A stretch of DNA of 64,000 nt from Thecamonas trahens ATCC 50062 (Eukaryota > Protista > Apusomonadida): assembly GCF_000142905.1 (NCBI RefSeq), contig NW_013657641.1:130907-194906 (forward strand), given 5' to 3'. Positions 22,959 through 34,587 of this stretch are shown in pieces; within the stretch, counting starts at the first letter, position 1, and each line of letters begins with the position of its first letter. The position numbers were made by a program, and so were the translations under genes. A model generated the notes under the pieces. The model was not told the DNA's origin. It saw only the letters and a list, made by a program, of their open reading frames with translations, and did not search any database.

Positions 22959-25900
22959 TTAACCGCACATCGGCGAATGGCTCGGGCTCTTCTGACGCCA
23001 ACCGTCGCGGGCAGTTTTGTGCATGGTGGCGATGACTGTAGTGAGCGCTGCCTTGACGGCAGTCTCGAGCTCAGAGTCGCCGCGGATGACACTCGCCTCA
23101 ATGTGCTCGCGGGGGGCATGGGCGAGAAAGTGGGAGTAGGCCGTGGCGCGGGCCTGAAACTGGGCATGGCAGGCGGCAGTTTCGGCAGCAGCAACCTCGT
23201 CGGTGTACCAGACATCGTAGTCAAGCGCGCGATGGAGCTGATGGATGGCGGCGTCGACCACTCGCTGGGCGGCAAAGAGCGCGTCGAGCGTGGCGTCGAG
23301 CGTGCCGGGCCCAAATGTGTCGAGCGTGGTCTCGCGCTCAAAGCCGGCCAGCGCCTCAAGATGCTCAACGAGCACAAGGTACGCGTCAAAGACATCTGCG
23401 AGTGCTATGTGAGCGTCGGCAAGCGCCGAACCGGGCGTCTCCTCGTCGATCATGGCCCGAAGCAGAGCGAGGTACGCCTCGAGCGCCACGTCGACGTGGG
23501 CGTGTTGCTGTGCGAGTGCCACCTTGTTGCACAGCAGGACAAGTCGGGCCTCTGGCAAGCCATCGAGAGCAGTGTCGATGAGCTGGACCGCAAGGTCGTA
23601 GCCGGCAACGTCGCCGATCTTGGTCTCACTCGCGACCAGCACAGCACCGTACCACGCAAGCTCAGCGCGAGTCCGCGCCGAGTGAGCCTCCAGCTCACCG
23701 GCCGAGGCCTCCGGATCAAAGCAGAGTACGGTGGCACTAGATCGCCAGCACGCGAGCGCTAGCATGATCGCATCGCCGGCCTCCATCATTCGCCCGCGGA
23801 CATGCAGCGCTCGCGCCCGCAGCAAGTACAGACCTGGAGGAACACGGTCGGCGCCGAGCATGGTCTGGGCGTAGAACAAGTCGCTCTCCGACTCGGAGAA
23901 GAGGCCGAGCGCCTGGAGTACTGCCGCGCGGATGAGAAAAAGCCTCCAGCGTGGAAAGTTGTGCGGAGCGTCGCCGTCGCGGCCGTGGATCACCATGTTG
24001 ATGTGCGCCAGCTCGGCGAGATACACGGTGTGTGCCTCGGTACCCGACGGCGGCGGCGGCGCAAGAAACCGCCACTGGGTGTGGAGCGTGAGGCGGGTGC
24101 GATCAAGGTCAGCGTGGCGCGGGTTGACTTTCGCGGCACGCTCAAAGTCAGCAAAGACGACGTCGTAAAACCGCCGCCAAGTGGCGATGACAGCCTCCAG
24201 CGCCTCGACCTGGTCGGTCATCGAGAGGCTGCGGGCCGGGCCGAGGCTTGCTACTGCGGCGGATCGGTTGAGCACATCCGTGCTTGACCCCAGCCCAGCG
24301 AGCGGCAGTGCACTCGTGGCGCTGCTCTCCGGCTGGCCGCGGAGCGCAGCTGCAGCGCGCGAGGCAGTCGCCGCTGCATGGCCGAGCTGCCGGGTCTGTA
24401 GCGCCACAATGGCGCGCCCGATGAGCGCCGGCGGGTAGCGTGGGTTAATCTGAAGTGCGGCGTCGAGGGCGGTAATGGCAGCACTAGTTTCGCCCAGCAA
24501 TAGCATGCACTGCGCACGATTGGTATGGACAGCGGCGAGAAGGCCGGAGTCGCCAATGGTCTGATCTTCCACCAACGTGTCGAGGACCTCGAGTGCCGCT
24601 CCCGGTCGCGACTGTAGCAGCAGTACCAGACCGGTGTTGTACGTGGCAGTGACGGCGAGCGACGAGTCGGGATCCGTGCTCTCACGCGCAGTGACCAGCA
24701 GGTCAAGTGCTCCAGTGGTGTCACCGCGCTGGATGAGGACGAGCGCGCGGGTGTTGAGAACGTCCGGATCGAGGGGGGCATGGTGGGCGGCGGCGGCAAT
24801 ATCGTTGGCGGCGGCGTCGACGTCTCCGCGGGCCAGCCAGACAGAGGCACGGGTGGCAAGCGCGCGAGCGAGAGTAGCACGCGGCAACCCTGCGCGTGTG
24901 GTCCCATCAACGGCGACGGCGCGGTCAAGCAGGCGGTCGAGAACAGCGGTAGCGGCGTCGAGTTGGCCACGCGAAGCCAGAAGGCTACCCATGTTGGCGA
25001 GGAGCTCGCACTTGGTGTCGTCGTCAGTGATGGTAGCGTCAGCGGCGGTGTAGGCTGCAAGCGCTTCGTCGTCACGCGAGAGCTCATCGAGACAGAATGA
25101 GAGATACAGGTGGGCGTCGCCGGCTGTCGGCTCGCGCTCAACGAGGCTCTGGAGATGAGCAAGGCCAGTGGCGGTGTTGCCTCCGCGAAAGAGCGCCAAA
25201 CCGAGGAGCGCGTCTGTCGCGGTATCGCCTGGTGTCATTGCAAGCACAGCTTTGGTGGCAGCGATAGCGGGCTCAAACTCACCAAGGTTAAAGAGCATGC
25301 GAGCACGGGCGGCGTAAAGTGTGGCGCGCGGCAGGTGTGGCGCCCAGTCGGCGTCAATGATCTGGTTGACGTCAGCAAGCGCGGCGGCGTGCTGGCCGAG
25401 ATTGTCGGCTACGCAGGCACGAAGAAAGAGTGCGCCATGATCGGCGTGGTCAGGTGCTGAGATGAGCGCGCGGGTGAGGTCGCGCTGCGCGAGCCGGTAG
25501 CGGCCAGCAGCGGCATGCAGCCGGGCCCGCTGGTAGAGGGCCGCGACTTCGTCGGGTTTGCGGGCGAGAGCGGCGTCAAAGTACGACATGGCTTCATCGA
25601 TCATGCCGAGTGCAAGTGCGGTATTGCCGAGGACGACATAGACGAGCGGGAACGAGGGATTGGCGAGTGCGACGGCGGTGAGGTCCACGAGAGCGTCGCG
25701 CTCGCGGCTGGCGACGGCATACGCACGCGCTCTGGTAAACAGAGCGCGGCAACGCTCGCGATCCCCGGCCGGGGCGCCGAGCATGTCCAGAAGCTCCAGT
25801 GCGTGACTGGCATCACTTACGGCGACGTCGATGGCGTCGAGGTCGTCATCGGTTGCGACGGCGAGGTGGCATTTGGCCGAAGTGACCAGGATGGCGATGT

Positions 25901-28030
25901 GGTCGTTGACCGGTAGGTGCGGAAGATGTGCGGCGTCGATGAGGACTTTGAGGGCCTCGTCCGCGGCGTCGACCTTGATGAGGAGGGTGGCGAGGAGGAG
26001 GAGGGCCTTGGCCGTGCCCGGGAGAATCGGGCTTCCCGGGTCGCGACCGAGATGGACTTGTCGAGCCACAAGGAGATCGTTGATTGCAGCATCAATGTCT
26101 GACGCTTCGAGATAGAGACGGGCGCGGGCATGGAGAGCATGAACATGGCGCGGAGAGGCTTCGAGGGCGGCAGAAAAGTCGGCAATGGCAGCCACTCGCT
26201 TGGCAGGGCCCGATATCGAGTACAGGTGGCCGCGGAGATAGAGAGCCTCAACGTTGGCAGAGTGAGGCTCCAGGTCGATTGCGGATGTCAGGAGGGCGGC
26301 GGCCGACTCGCGCGGGGCATCGATCCGCAGCAGCAAGCGCGCCGCGTGAAGATAGCGTTCAGGGGTGGGGTGGACGTCGAGAGCACGTGCCATATCAACA
26401 AAGGCCTGACTGGCATCACCGGTGGTTTCCTCAAACCAGCAACCGCGGGCGTAGAGCGCGTCGCCAAGCGCAGCGAGAGGGACGGCAGGCAATTTGGCAG
26501 CGAGCTGAGAAATACGTGCCGACTGCGGCAGGCGCCACGATGGCTGGCGCTTGTGGAGGAGTTGGAGCGTGTGATAAGCCGAGCAGGCATCACCAGCCTG
26601 GATGGATGCAAGTACAGCAAGAAAGTCAGCGGTGGCACGTGCGTCAGACTGCTGAGACTCAGGCTGAGGCTCGGGCTGAGGCTGAGGCTCAGGCTCATGG
26701 ATGATTCCGGCTACACGAGCGAGGACCGGAAGAGCGGCGGCGACGCAGTCATCGATGAGGTGCAGTCTTGCCCAGAGGAGAAGGGCATCATGGCGCTGCG
26801 GAACGGCGCTGAGGGCGGCGGCGAGTGCGAGACGGGCGCGGGCCGATGCACCGGCAAGAACAAGGGCGGCGGCCTGGGCCACGTGCACTACGGCGCGCGT
26901 TGTGTGCACCGCCGTGTTGACCATAAGCTCGATTGTGGCAGCAGCCTTGGCGTGGTCGGCGAGGGCGGCGACTCGAGCAGGGACGAGGGCAAAGGCGGTG
27001 ACGCCCTTGCGAGTGGCAAGATGAGCCGGCCGGCCGATGGGAGGCAGCTCCGGTTGCGGTGCGTACTCATCCGGAGCCACGCCGCTCAGTGCGGCTATGG
27101 CGTCTGCGGCGAGTGCTGCGGTCGGGCGGTCGTAGCGAGCGACGGCGAGCGCGGCGTGAGCGGCCTGGAGGAGGATTGCAAGGTCGCGTGGCGGATCGTC
27201 GGATATGAGATCGTCGACGGCCGCGAGTGAGCGCGCCGCGTCGTCAACCCGGTTTGCAGCAAGGAGATGATGTACGGCGTGGAGGTTCCAGGTGAGAGCG
27301 GCGAGGGCGTGTGGGTCGGTGTGGGCGATGACGTGGTCCAGAAACGCCAGGTAGGCAACGCCAAAGGTTCGGGGCGTGCATCGACAAGCTTGGCGGCCGC
27401 TGCGACGACTGCGGGCTGGGACCACGAGTACGAGGCGGCATCAAAGGCACTCCAGTGGTGACCGGCGACGTGGCGCTCCAGGAAGTGTGGATCGGCGTGT
27501 GCCAAGAGTCGGAGCCAGGCGAGGAAGCCTGCGAGGTCGCCGGCGAGCTTGGCTGTGTTGGCCATGTAGAACAGAATCTCTGGCTGGGGGCCAAGCTCTG
27601 CGGCAAGCGCGGCATATATCCGCGGCAAACGGACGAGGGCGAGCGAGTCTGGGGCGAGGCCCGATGCGGGTGAGGCCGGAGCGAGGAGGCCAGGGCCAAC
27701 GGCGTGGGGGTCGTCTGTGAGCTCGAGGGCGGCGTCGAGGTGCGCAAGTGTGAGCGGAAGCAGGCCGTTGGCGAGCGCCACGTTTGCAGCGGCGAGGCGA
27801 AGGACGAGCGAGTGCGGGAGGGCCTTGACGAGGGCGGAGAGGTTGACTGCGGCGACAGTGAGTGAGCCCGAGCAGGCCGCGTCGGCAGCCCGGTGAAAGG
27901 CGCTACGGTGGGTCGGCGAGAGGAGCTGCAGCTCATCGTCGAGTAGGCTGCCGATGCCAAACCTGCCGAGACTACTGGAGCCGTTCAGATGTGTGAGGAG
28001 GGCATCTGACTCGGATCGGGCGAGTTGCAT
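22959..28030 (-). CDS. Long TPR-repeat protein (about 1690 aa)
   Basis: Numerous TPR units (e.g. ALYLRGHLY...AIADFSAALEASP; ALYQRARLHAAAGRYRLAQRDLTRAL). ORFs 27095-28030 and 22959-27425 join by a frameshift near 27368. Confidence 0.8.
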
Positions 28031-28236
28031 GGCGGGAGTGAGGTAGGGGAGCGGGCGGGGGGGGGGGGGTGCAACGATAACTGTGTCGAGATGAATCGTT
28101 GGCGGTGGTTGCAGCGATTACTTGGACGAGATGGATTGTTGGCGGCAACGAACGAGTGGCTACCTTCGCCGTGCCCCACGCTTCCATTCGCCAAGTTCTG
28201 GGTTCCAACCTTCAATTCGTAACACACCTCGCGACC

Positions 28237-29904
28237 ATGAACTCGGTCCGCACTCTCGTGGTGCTTGCTCTGGCCTGCCTGCTGCTGGCCAGCGTGGCAG
28301 ACGCCGTCGCTTCGGCCGGTTCGTGTTCTTCCGAACGCCGCTGCTCTGATGACTCCGACTGCGATACGAGTCGCAGTGACAGATGCTGCAACGGTACGTA
28401 GCCGTGCTTGCGGTGAGCAACGGCTGGTCGGCGTTGCGATCAGGCGGCTTGCCGCCACGAAGAACACACGCCCAGCCCTCCCCCAGGCGTACCCCCTCCC
28501 CCTCCGCGCCCGCTCCCTCCCCCTCCGCGCCCGCTCCCCCCCCTCCGTTCTTCCCGCCACCGCAGCACCTTGCGCGCCAGCTCCTGTTCTCGCTCGGTGT
28601 TCTGCGGCCTTTTTCTGATGCTTGGCAAAAGTTGCCGGCCGCGTGGGAGCGCCGTCGCAGCCGTCGCAACCTTGCCGGCTCTTTGCCATGCCGGTGCCCG
28701 CCATGGACGAGCCCACTCACAGCAGTTTCAATGCAACACGGGCGGTGATGGGACAGGCCGGTGTGTGGCGGAAGATCAGTTCGACCTCAACCTTGGCTCG
28801 CTCTGCGATGACAACGGCGATGATTGCCGCGGAAAGTGCCGGTCGTCGCTTGCGTGCAGGTCCCAGCGGTGCGAGCGGTGGCGGGGCTTGGCTGGGCCCG
28901 GGTGCATCTGCGACAATTCGTTGACCAGCGGGTGCAGCAACCCGTACACGTACTGCGACTTTATGGCAAACAGGACGGTTGTGGAGAACCGATGCGTGTG
29001 GAACAATCTCCCGCCTGGAGCACCGTGCGATACAAATGCCCAGTGCCGGGGCAACTGTGAGAACAACGTGTGCGTGACCACGTCGACGTCCGGTAGCTCG
29101 TGTGCGTCGGCCTTTGACGGTACCTGCCCCAACTCCCTCGCGTGTGTGGTGGAAGAGGCGCCACCATCAGTCGCCCGGCAGTGCCTCTCGCGGCGCCCGG
29201 TCAATGGCTACTGCCGCGACCCCAGCGACTGCATCTCGGGTGTGTGCGATACCGACTCCAACTTGTGCATTGCCGCGCTGCAGCTCGAAGGCGGCGCCAA
29301 CTGCACCGACAACTACGCGTGCAAGTCGGGGCTCTGTGCAGTGGGCACCCTCGGGTACAGGACCTGCATCGACCGGCCGTACTCGGGAGGCCAGGGCTCG
29401 CCGTGTCCGTTTGGCCACACGCAGTGCCAGATGGGCTACAAGTGCGTCGGCTCACCGACCGTTGCCCGTTGCATGAACGTCCGCGGCTTGCAGTGCGTGT
29501 CAAGCACCATTTGCGGTCCTAACGCAGAGTGCAAGTGCACCGGCGGAACCCACTACGCGTGCCAGGCAGCGGACAAGCCCTCGCTCAACTGCCTCACGGA
29601 GCGCGTTGAGTACCGCAAGTTCACTGGCTCTATCTTCGCGTCGCTCGTTCGCCCGTGGCACCTCTACCCGACCGATGTCGCCGAGGCCGCCGCCAAGCTC
29701 CTTTGCTGTGAGTACCGCCGCGGGTCGTTCAACAACAACGAGGTGAAGAACAGGTACCTCCGCGGCGACGGCCAGGTTCAGCCCGGCGCTCGCCTCAACT
29801 GCCGCGTCGACCCGCCGACGTGGGAGGAGCGCAAGACTGGCGACTACCCCGAGCGCTGCAGCCTGACCAGCGAGGTCGCGTTTGACAACATCTGGCTTTT
29901 GTGA
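28237..29904 (+). CDS. Secreted cysteine-rich protein, paralog of 10847-12117
   Basis: Signal peptide MNSVRTLVVLALACLLLASVADA. Intron 28394-28756 (GTACGT...ACTCAC...CAG, phase 1) gives ...RCCNGRCVAED. Cys spacing is collinear with the paralog. Confidence 0.85.
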
Positions 29905-29960
29905 AGCAGAGCGCCCACATAGTGATGGCATAAACAACTCGGCAGACTTTGGCACGTCCG

Positions 29961-30998
29961 CTAGCTGGCGATGACGTCGGCGCCGCCGGCGTCGTCGTTG
30001 TCGTCGAGGCGAACCGAGACCCGCTTGAGCAACTCGTACGACGAGAGGACCATGGTCATGGTGACTGACATGGCAAGGACGCGGGCGAGGACGCCACGGT
30101 AAAAGCCAGCGAGGCCTGCGTCACGGAACAGGGTGGCAGCCGTCTCGCGCATCGAGACTGTGGCTGCGTCCGAGAGCTGCATGTTGGTGCGGACAACGTC
30201 GATGGGGTTGGTCAACACGGCCGCCGAGGCGCCGGCAATGGCACCGCTGAGCGGAACAACAGCCACATCGCGCCAGTGGCGCGGCCACGGATCGCCTGGT
30301 TTGAGCGGCGGCGCGGGGTCGAGGACCGTCCGCGCGAGCGCGTACACGCTCCAGATGGCGGCCGAGGTCGGGGCGTAGGTGGCGATGGACGAGAGATAGC
30401 CGCGGTAGAGGCCGCGAAGCCCGTGATCATTCACGATAGAACGCGCGACAGCAACCGGCGAGGCAGCGCGCGACTCGTCAACCATGATCCGCTGGCTGAC
30501 AATGTCAATGGGAACAACCACGGTCTGCGAGACCAGCGATGCGGCGAGGCCCGAGATCATGAAAGAGACCGGGCGGAGAAGGCTCGGGGGAATGAACGAA
30601 GCCTCATCGTTTGCGGTGAGGACAGCTTCTCTTGTAGTCTCGAGAGTGGTGACATAGATGGGCCCAACAATCATGGAGAGCGAGTTGGTGAAGAAGCCCG
30701 AGTACAGAGCCCGGAACCCTTCCCTCCGCACAATGGTGGCAAAGGCATCGGCCGTCGACTTGTAGCTGGCACCAGCTTGCATGCGGGTCTTGACCAGTTG
30801 CGCCGGATAGACCACCAACCGGATGGTGGCAGAGCCCAGCGGCATGAGCGTGTAGAACTTGGTCAGATCGAGGTCGCGGAAGCGGAGGTTGGACATGTCC
30901 CTGCTGCCGGCCGTCGTGGTCGAGCTGGCGGCAGCCGTCGTTGTGCTGGTGCTTGCCGGTCTTGCCGACGTCGGCATGGTCATGGGCGTAGTGGCCAT
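29961..30998 (-). CDS. SLC25A44: Mitochondrial carrier, SLC25A44-like
   Basis: Three carrier repeats (YPAQLVKTRMQ, PIDIVSQRIM, NPIDVVRTNMQ); the N-terminal DLDLTKFY motif is typical of SLC25A44. Confidence 0.85.
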   Translation of the reverse strand: MATTPMTMPTSARPASTSTTTAAASSTTTAGSRDMSNLRFRDLDLTKFYTLMPLGSATIRLVVYPAQLVKTRMQAGASYKSTADAFATIVRREGFRALYSGFFTNSLSMIVGPIYVTTLETTREAVLTANDEASFIPPSLLRPVSFMISGLAASLVSQTVVVPIDIVSQRIMVDESRAASPVAVARSIVNDHGLRGLYRGYLSSIATYAPTSAAIWSVYALARTVLDPAPPLKPGDPWPRHWRDVAVVPLSGAIAGASAAVLTNPIDVVRTNMQLSDAATVSMRETAATLFRDAGLAGFYRGVLARVLAMSVTMTMVLSSYELLKRVSVRLDDNDDAGGADVIAS

Positions 30999-31475
30999 GG
31001 TGATGAGCAGATGCTCCCGTGGGGGATAGGATATGGGTGATGGAGAGGGGTGTACGTGGGGATGTTGAGGCGCGCGGGGGGGGGGTATGTCGCTGGCGTG
31101 GTGTCTGGCGTGTGGCGTGCGCGCATGTCGCGTTCAGTTACGGCAGGTGGGCGGCAGTCGACTGCAGTTCGGTGGGGGCGGGCAGCTTTGATCAGCGGCG
31201 GGCGATGAGGGACGCCCTTTTGACCTCGACATTGCTGCGGTGGTAAATAGCTCGGTCAACCATGCGCTTCTTCTACGTTCAACTTCATCATCATCGTCAC
31301 CAGCATTGTCACCAGCACCATCACTGCCACTGCAGGCTCGGGTGCAGACATGAATAGCTGCGCCCTGTGCTACCTGTCATTCGGGTAGATCTGTTTGGAC
31401 ATGGGTGTGAATATGGAACCGAGGCGCTACCTTGATGTAGAGCCCGCCGAGCTGGAGGTGCGCGTTTTGTTGGCG

Positions 31476-33008
31476 TCAGGCGATGTCGGTGGCGGTGTGG
31501 AGGAGCGCGAGCTTGATGAGGGCGTAGGCCGAGGTGGTGAGGGCGGGATCGTAGGGAGCGAGATCATTGCCGCCGTCGTAGCCAGCGGTGAATGCAGCGG
31601 CGGCAGTGTCGCGAAGAACAACGGCGAGCGGGGCAAAGGCCGAATCGACGACGGCGGAGCCAGTGACGCCGGTGGAGAGCTGCTCGTCGCCGGCAAGCGC
31701 CATGAGCATGCCATTACGCTCAAGAACCAGATACTCGGCCATGCGATCGTCCGAGTCAAAGGCGTGCGAGGCCGACGAGTACGCCATGTCAAAGTCGAGA
31801 GGGGCGAGGAAGAAGGCGCCGGGAGAGACCGCGTGCTGGGCAGGCGCAAGAAGGACCATATTGTTCGAGTGGGCGTTGCAGTGCATGCCCATGGCGTCCG
31901 GGTACGTGCCCCACGAAATGCCCGCGCGATGCAGTGCCGCCAGAAATACGCCGCACTCCCATCCAAACCGCCAATACAGGTACGGCAAGAGCGCTCCGGA
32001 TGCGACCAGCTCGGGCATGATGCGCTCAGCAAGCGCTGGATGCGGCGAGGCAGCGACAAGCGCCGCAAGATCAAGCTCGCCAAGCTCTGGTGCATCCGGC
32101 CCGACGCCCGCAACAAAGCCGGTCGCGCCCATCAGTGCCTGGATAAAGGTCGGCGTGATGTCCGTAGTGACATCGGATGCCGACTCAGCGCGGCCAGCAG
32201 CGGCGAGCGCAGCAAGCGCAGCAAGGCCAGTATCGGCAGAGAGACCGGCTCCCAGCATGCGCTCGAGGCCGACAAGGACGTGGTCAGCGAGCCGGCGGTC
32301 GCCGCGGGTGGCAAAGACCGAGCACACCTTGGCCACCAGCGGGAACGGATCGTCGGCGAGCTCGTATACATACCACCCGCGGGGCGCATTGGCCGAAAGC
32401 ATGCCAATCTCTGTAGCAACCGCTTCGATCTTGTGCGTCATCAGCATCTCCCGAATTGTGGTGTGCTCGAACGAACTCCCGCGGATGTTGACCAGGCCGC
32501 GCTCGCGGCCGTCATCGGTCTCGACTTCGCGGATGACAAAGCCCTCGTCGTTGTTCCCGCAACCCTTGAGGCGGAACCACTCGCCGGCGACCCGCACTAG
32601 CGCCGAACGAATGCCCGAGGCCACAGCCAGCGGGCCAGTACCATCGACATCTCCGTCACCAGCCACCACGATCTGCCCACCATCATCGGCTGTGATGGGG
32701 ACCTTGACCAGTGGAAGCTCCCGCAGCAGTTGCGGGAGCTCATGACATGCCGTTGGCCCTTTCTCAACATCGATATCCGGCGCAGGAATGGCGGGCACCA
32801 CCAGCGAGGCGTAGGCCGGACCAAGATGGCCCAGCGGCTCTGTTCGGGCGGCAGCAGAAGCGACAGCAGCAGGTGACGATGACTCAGACAGGGCAGATGG
32901 CTCAAAGCCGTGGACAGTGCCAGAGGTAGAGGCAAAGGCCACACGAGTCGAGCCGTAGAAAAGTGCCTCGTCGAGCGAAAGGCCTGGCGGAGGGAAGGCT
33001 ACGGACAT
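31476..33008 (-). CDS. Uncharacterised protein with atypical kinase / SelO-like motifs
   Basis: Long ORF with coding-type codon usage; motifs SGIRSA, WFRLKGCG, TIREMLMT, HCNAHSNN and PLDFD. The fold assignment is inference. Confidence 0.7.
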   Translation of the reverse strand: MSVAFPPPGLSLDEALFYGSTRVAFASTSGTVHGFEPSALSESSSPAAVASAAARTEPLGHLGPAYASLVVPAIPAPDIDVEKGPTACHELPQLLRELPLVKVPITADDGGQIVVAGDGDVDGTGPLAVASGIRSALVRVAGEWFRLKGCGNNDEGFVIREVETDDGRERGLVNIRGSSFEHTTIREMLMTHKIEAVATEIGMLSANAPRGWYVYELADDPFPLVAKVCSVFATRGDRRLADHVLVGLERMLGAGLSADTGLAALAALAAAGRAESASDVTTDITPTFIQALMGATGFVAGVGPDAPELGELDLAALVAASPHPALAERIMPELVASGALLPYLYWRFGWECGVFLAALHRAGISWGTYPDAMGMHCNAHSNNMVLLAPAQHAVSPGAFFLAPLDFDMAYSSASHAFDSDDRMAEYLVLERNGMLMALAGDEQLSTGVTGSAVVDSAFAPLAVVLRDTAAAAFTAGYDGGNDLAPYDPALTTSAYALIKLALLHTATDIA

Positions 33009-33057
33009 GGGTGCGAGCGGAGAGGAGTGGCGGGGTGGAGGGGGGGAGGGGGGGGGG

Positions 33058-33393
33058 NNNNNNNNNNNNNNNNNNNNNNNNNNNNNNNNNNNNNNNNNNN
33101 NNNNNNNNNNNNNNNNNNNNNNNNNNNNNNNNNNNNNNNNNNNNNNNNNNNNNNNNNNNNNNNNNNNNNNNNNNNNNNNNNNNNNNNNNNNNNNNNNNNN
33201 NNNNNNNNNNNNNNNNNNNNNNNNNNNNNNNNNNNNNNNNNNNNNNNNNNNNNNNNNNNNNNNNNNNNNNNNNNNNNNNNNNNNNNNNNNNNNNNNNNNN
33301 NNNNNNNNNNNNNNNNNNNNNNNNNNNNNNNNNNNNNNNNNNNNNNNNNNNNNNNNNNNNNNNNNNNNNNNNNNNNNNNNNNNNNNNNNNNNN
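33058..33393. other. Assembly gap (336 N) flanked by poly-G
   Basis: N run seen directly. Confidence 1.
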
Positions 33394-33732
33394 GGGGGGG
33401 GGGGGGGGGATAGTGGTAGTGATGGGGGGGATATGGTCGTCACGTTGTCCATGATCGGTGTCCATGTTGTCTATCATGGTGATCAGCATGATGCTGTTCT
33501 TCAAGGTGATGGCTATCATCAAGTCGATCAGCAGGGTGATGGGGATGGCAGGCATCAGAGAACCGTCATGACCAACAGTGAACAGCGATGCCAACTGATC
33601 ACTGTGCCATTGGTACTCAAGTCGTGTCAGAGCGACAGGTCCGCTCGATGCCAGGCAGAGGCAGAGGCAGAGGCAGAGACAGACACCCGACGCAGGCGAC
33701 TGACGCCCGTCGAGAGCCGGACTCTGCCCGCC

Positions 33733-34491
33733 ATGGCAAGCCCACGAATCCGAGACACAGCGGCCGTGGGCAGAACAAGAGCCAGGCCAGGGAGCGAGGA
33801 TGCGGCCGACGAGGGCTGGCTGGCGGATGCGGTGGTCGAGCTGGTGGCGGCTGCCCGGGCGCGCGATAACGATCTCGATGCGCTGCAGGCGCGGTTCGAG
33901 GCGGTGGCCGAGGCGGCGAGCGAGGCGGCGGGGCACGGACGGCTGCTGCAGCGGGCACAGGAGGAGATAGCCCGCCTGGCGCACGCGGCATGGGAGGCTG
34001 AACGCAACAGTGTCTCCACAGACGCCTACCAGCAGGCCCTCGCTCAGGCTACCGACGCCGCCGACGCCTGCGCCCGGTGGAAGGCCATGTACGAGCAAGC
34101 CGCCGCCTCCCGCGACAAGGCAGAGACCCAGGTCGAGGAGCTGCGCAACGAGGCCGCCTCTATGCGTGCTGCTCTTGCCGCTGCTTCGGAGGCGCTGCAA
34201 GAGTCGGCCGCATCCGTCGCCAAGCTCAAAGTTGGCCTCGGCCGCGCCCAAGCCGAGAATGCCGCCCTCAAGGCCGAGCTCGCCGAGGCCCACGACGTCC
34301 AGGCCACTGCACGGATCGCCGCTCGTCCTCCTCGTCCAGGGCCCCGGACTCCGCTGGAACCAGCCTCCTTGGATGGAGCCAGCGCCATCGGCAACAGCCA
34401 GCGCCAGCTCGATCTCGACTCGAGGGCCGCTAGGCTGGCGGAGGAGCAGGCCGCAAGACGAGCGCGGCTGGCGGCATCGAACCAGAGCTGA
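33733..34491 (+). CDS. Coiled-coil protein; 5' end uncertain
   Basis: Ala/Glu/Gln-rich heptads; the frame stays open back to the gap. Confidence 0.6.
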   Translation: MASPRIRDTAAVGRTRARPGSEDAADEGWLADAVVELVAAARARDNDLDALQARFEAVAEAASEAAGHGRLLQRAQEEIARLAHAAWEAERNSVSTDAYQQALAQATDAADACARWKAMYEQAAASRDKAETQVEELRNEAASMRAALAAASEALQESAASVAKLKVGLGRAQAENAALKAELAEAHDVQATARIAARPPRPGPRTPLEPASLDGASAIGNSQRQLDLDSRAARLAEEQAARRARLAASNQS

Positions 34492-34587
34492 CGGGAGACA
34501 GGCGGGAGAATAAAGGATGGGGCGGAGGCTGATACACCGGATCATTTAAGGCGGGAGGCGAGAGGCGACGGGGGTCAGCGGGGCGGG

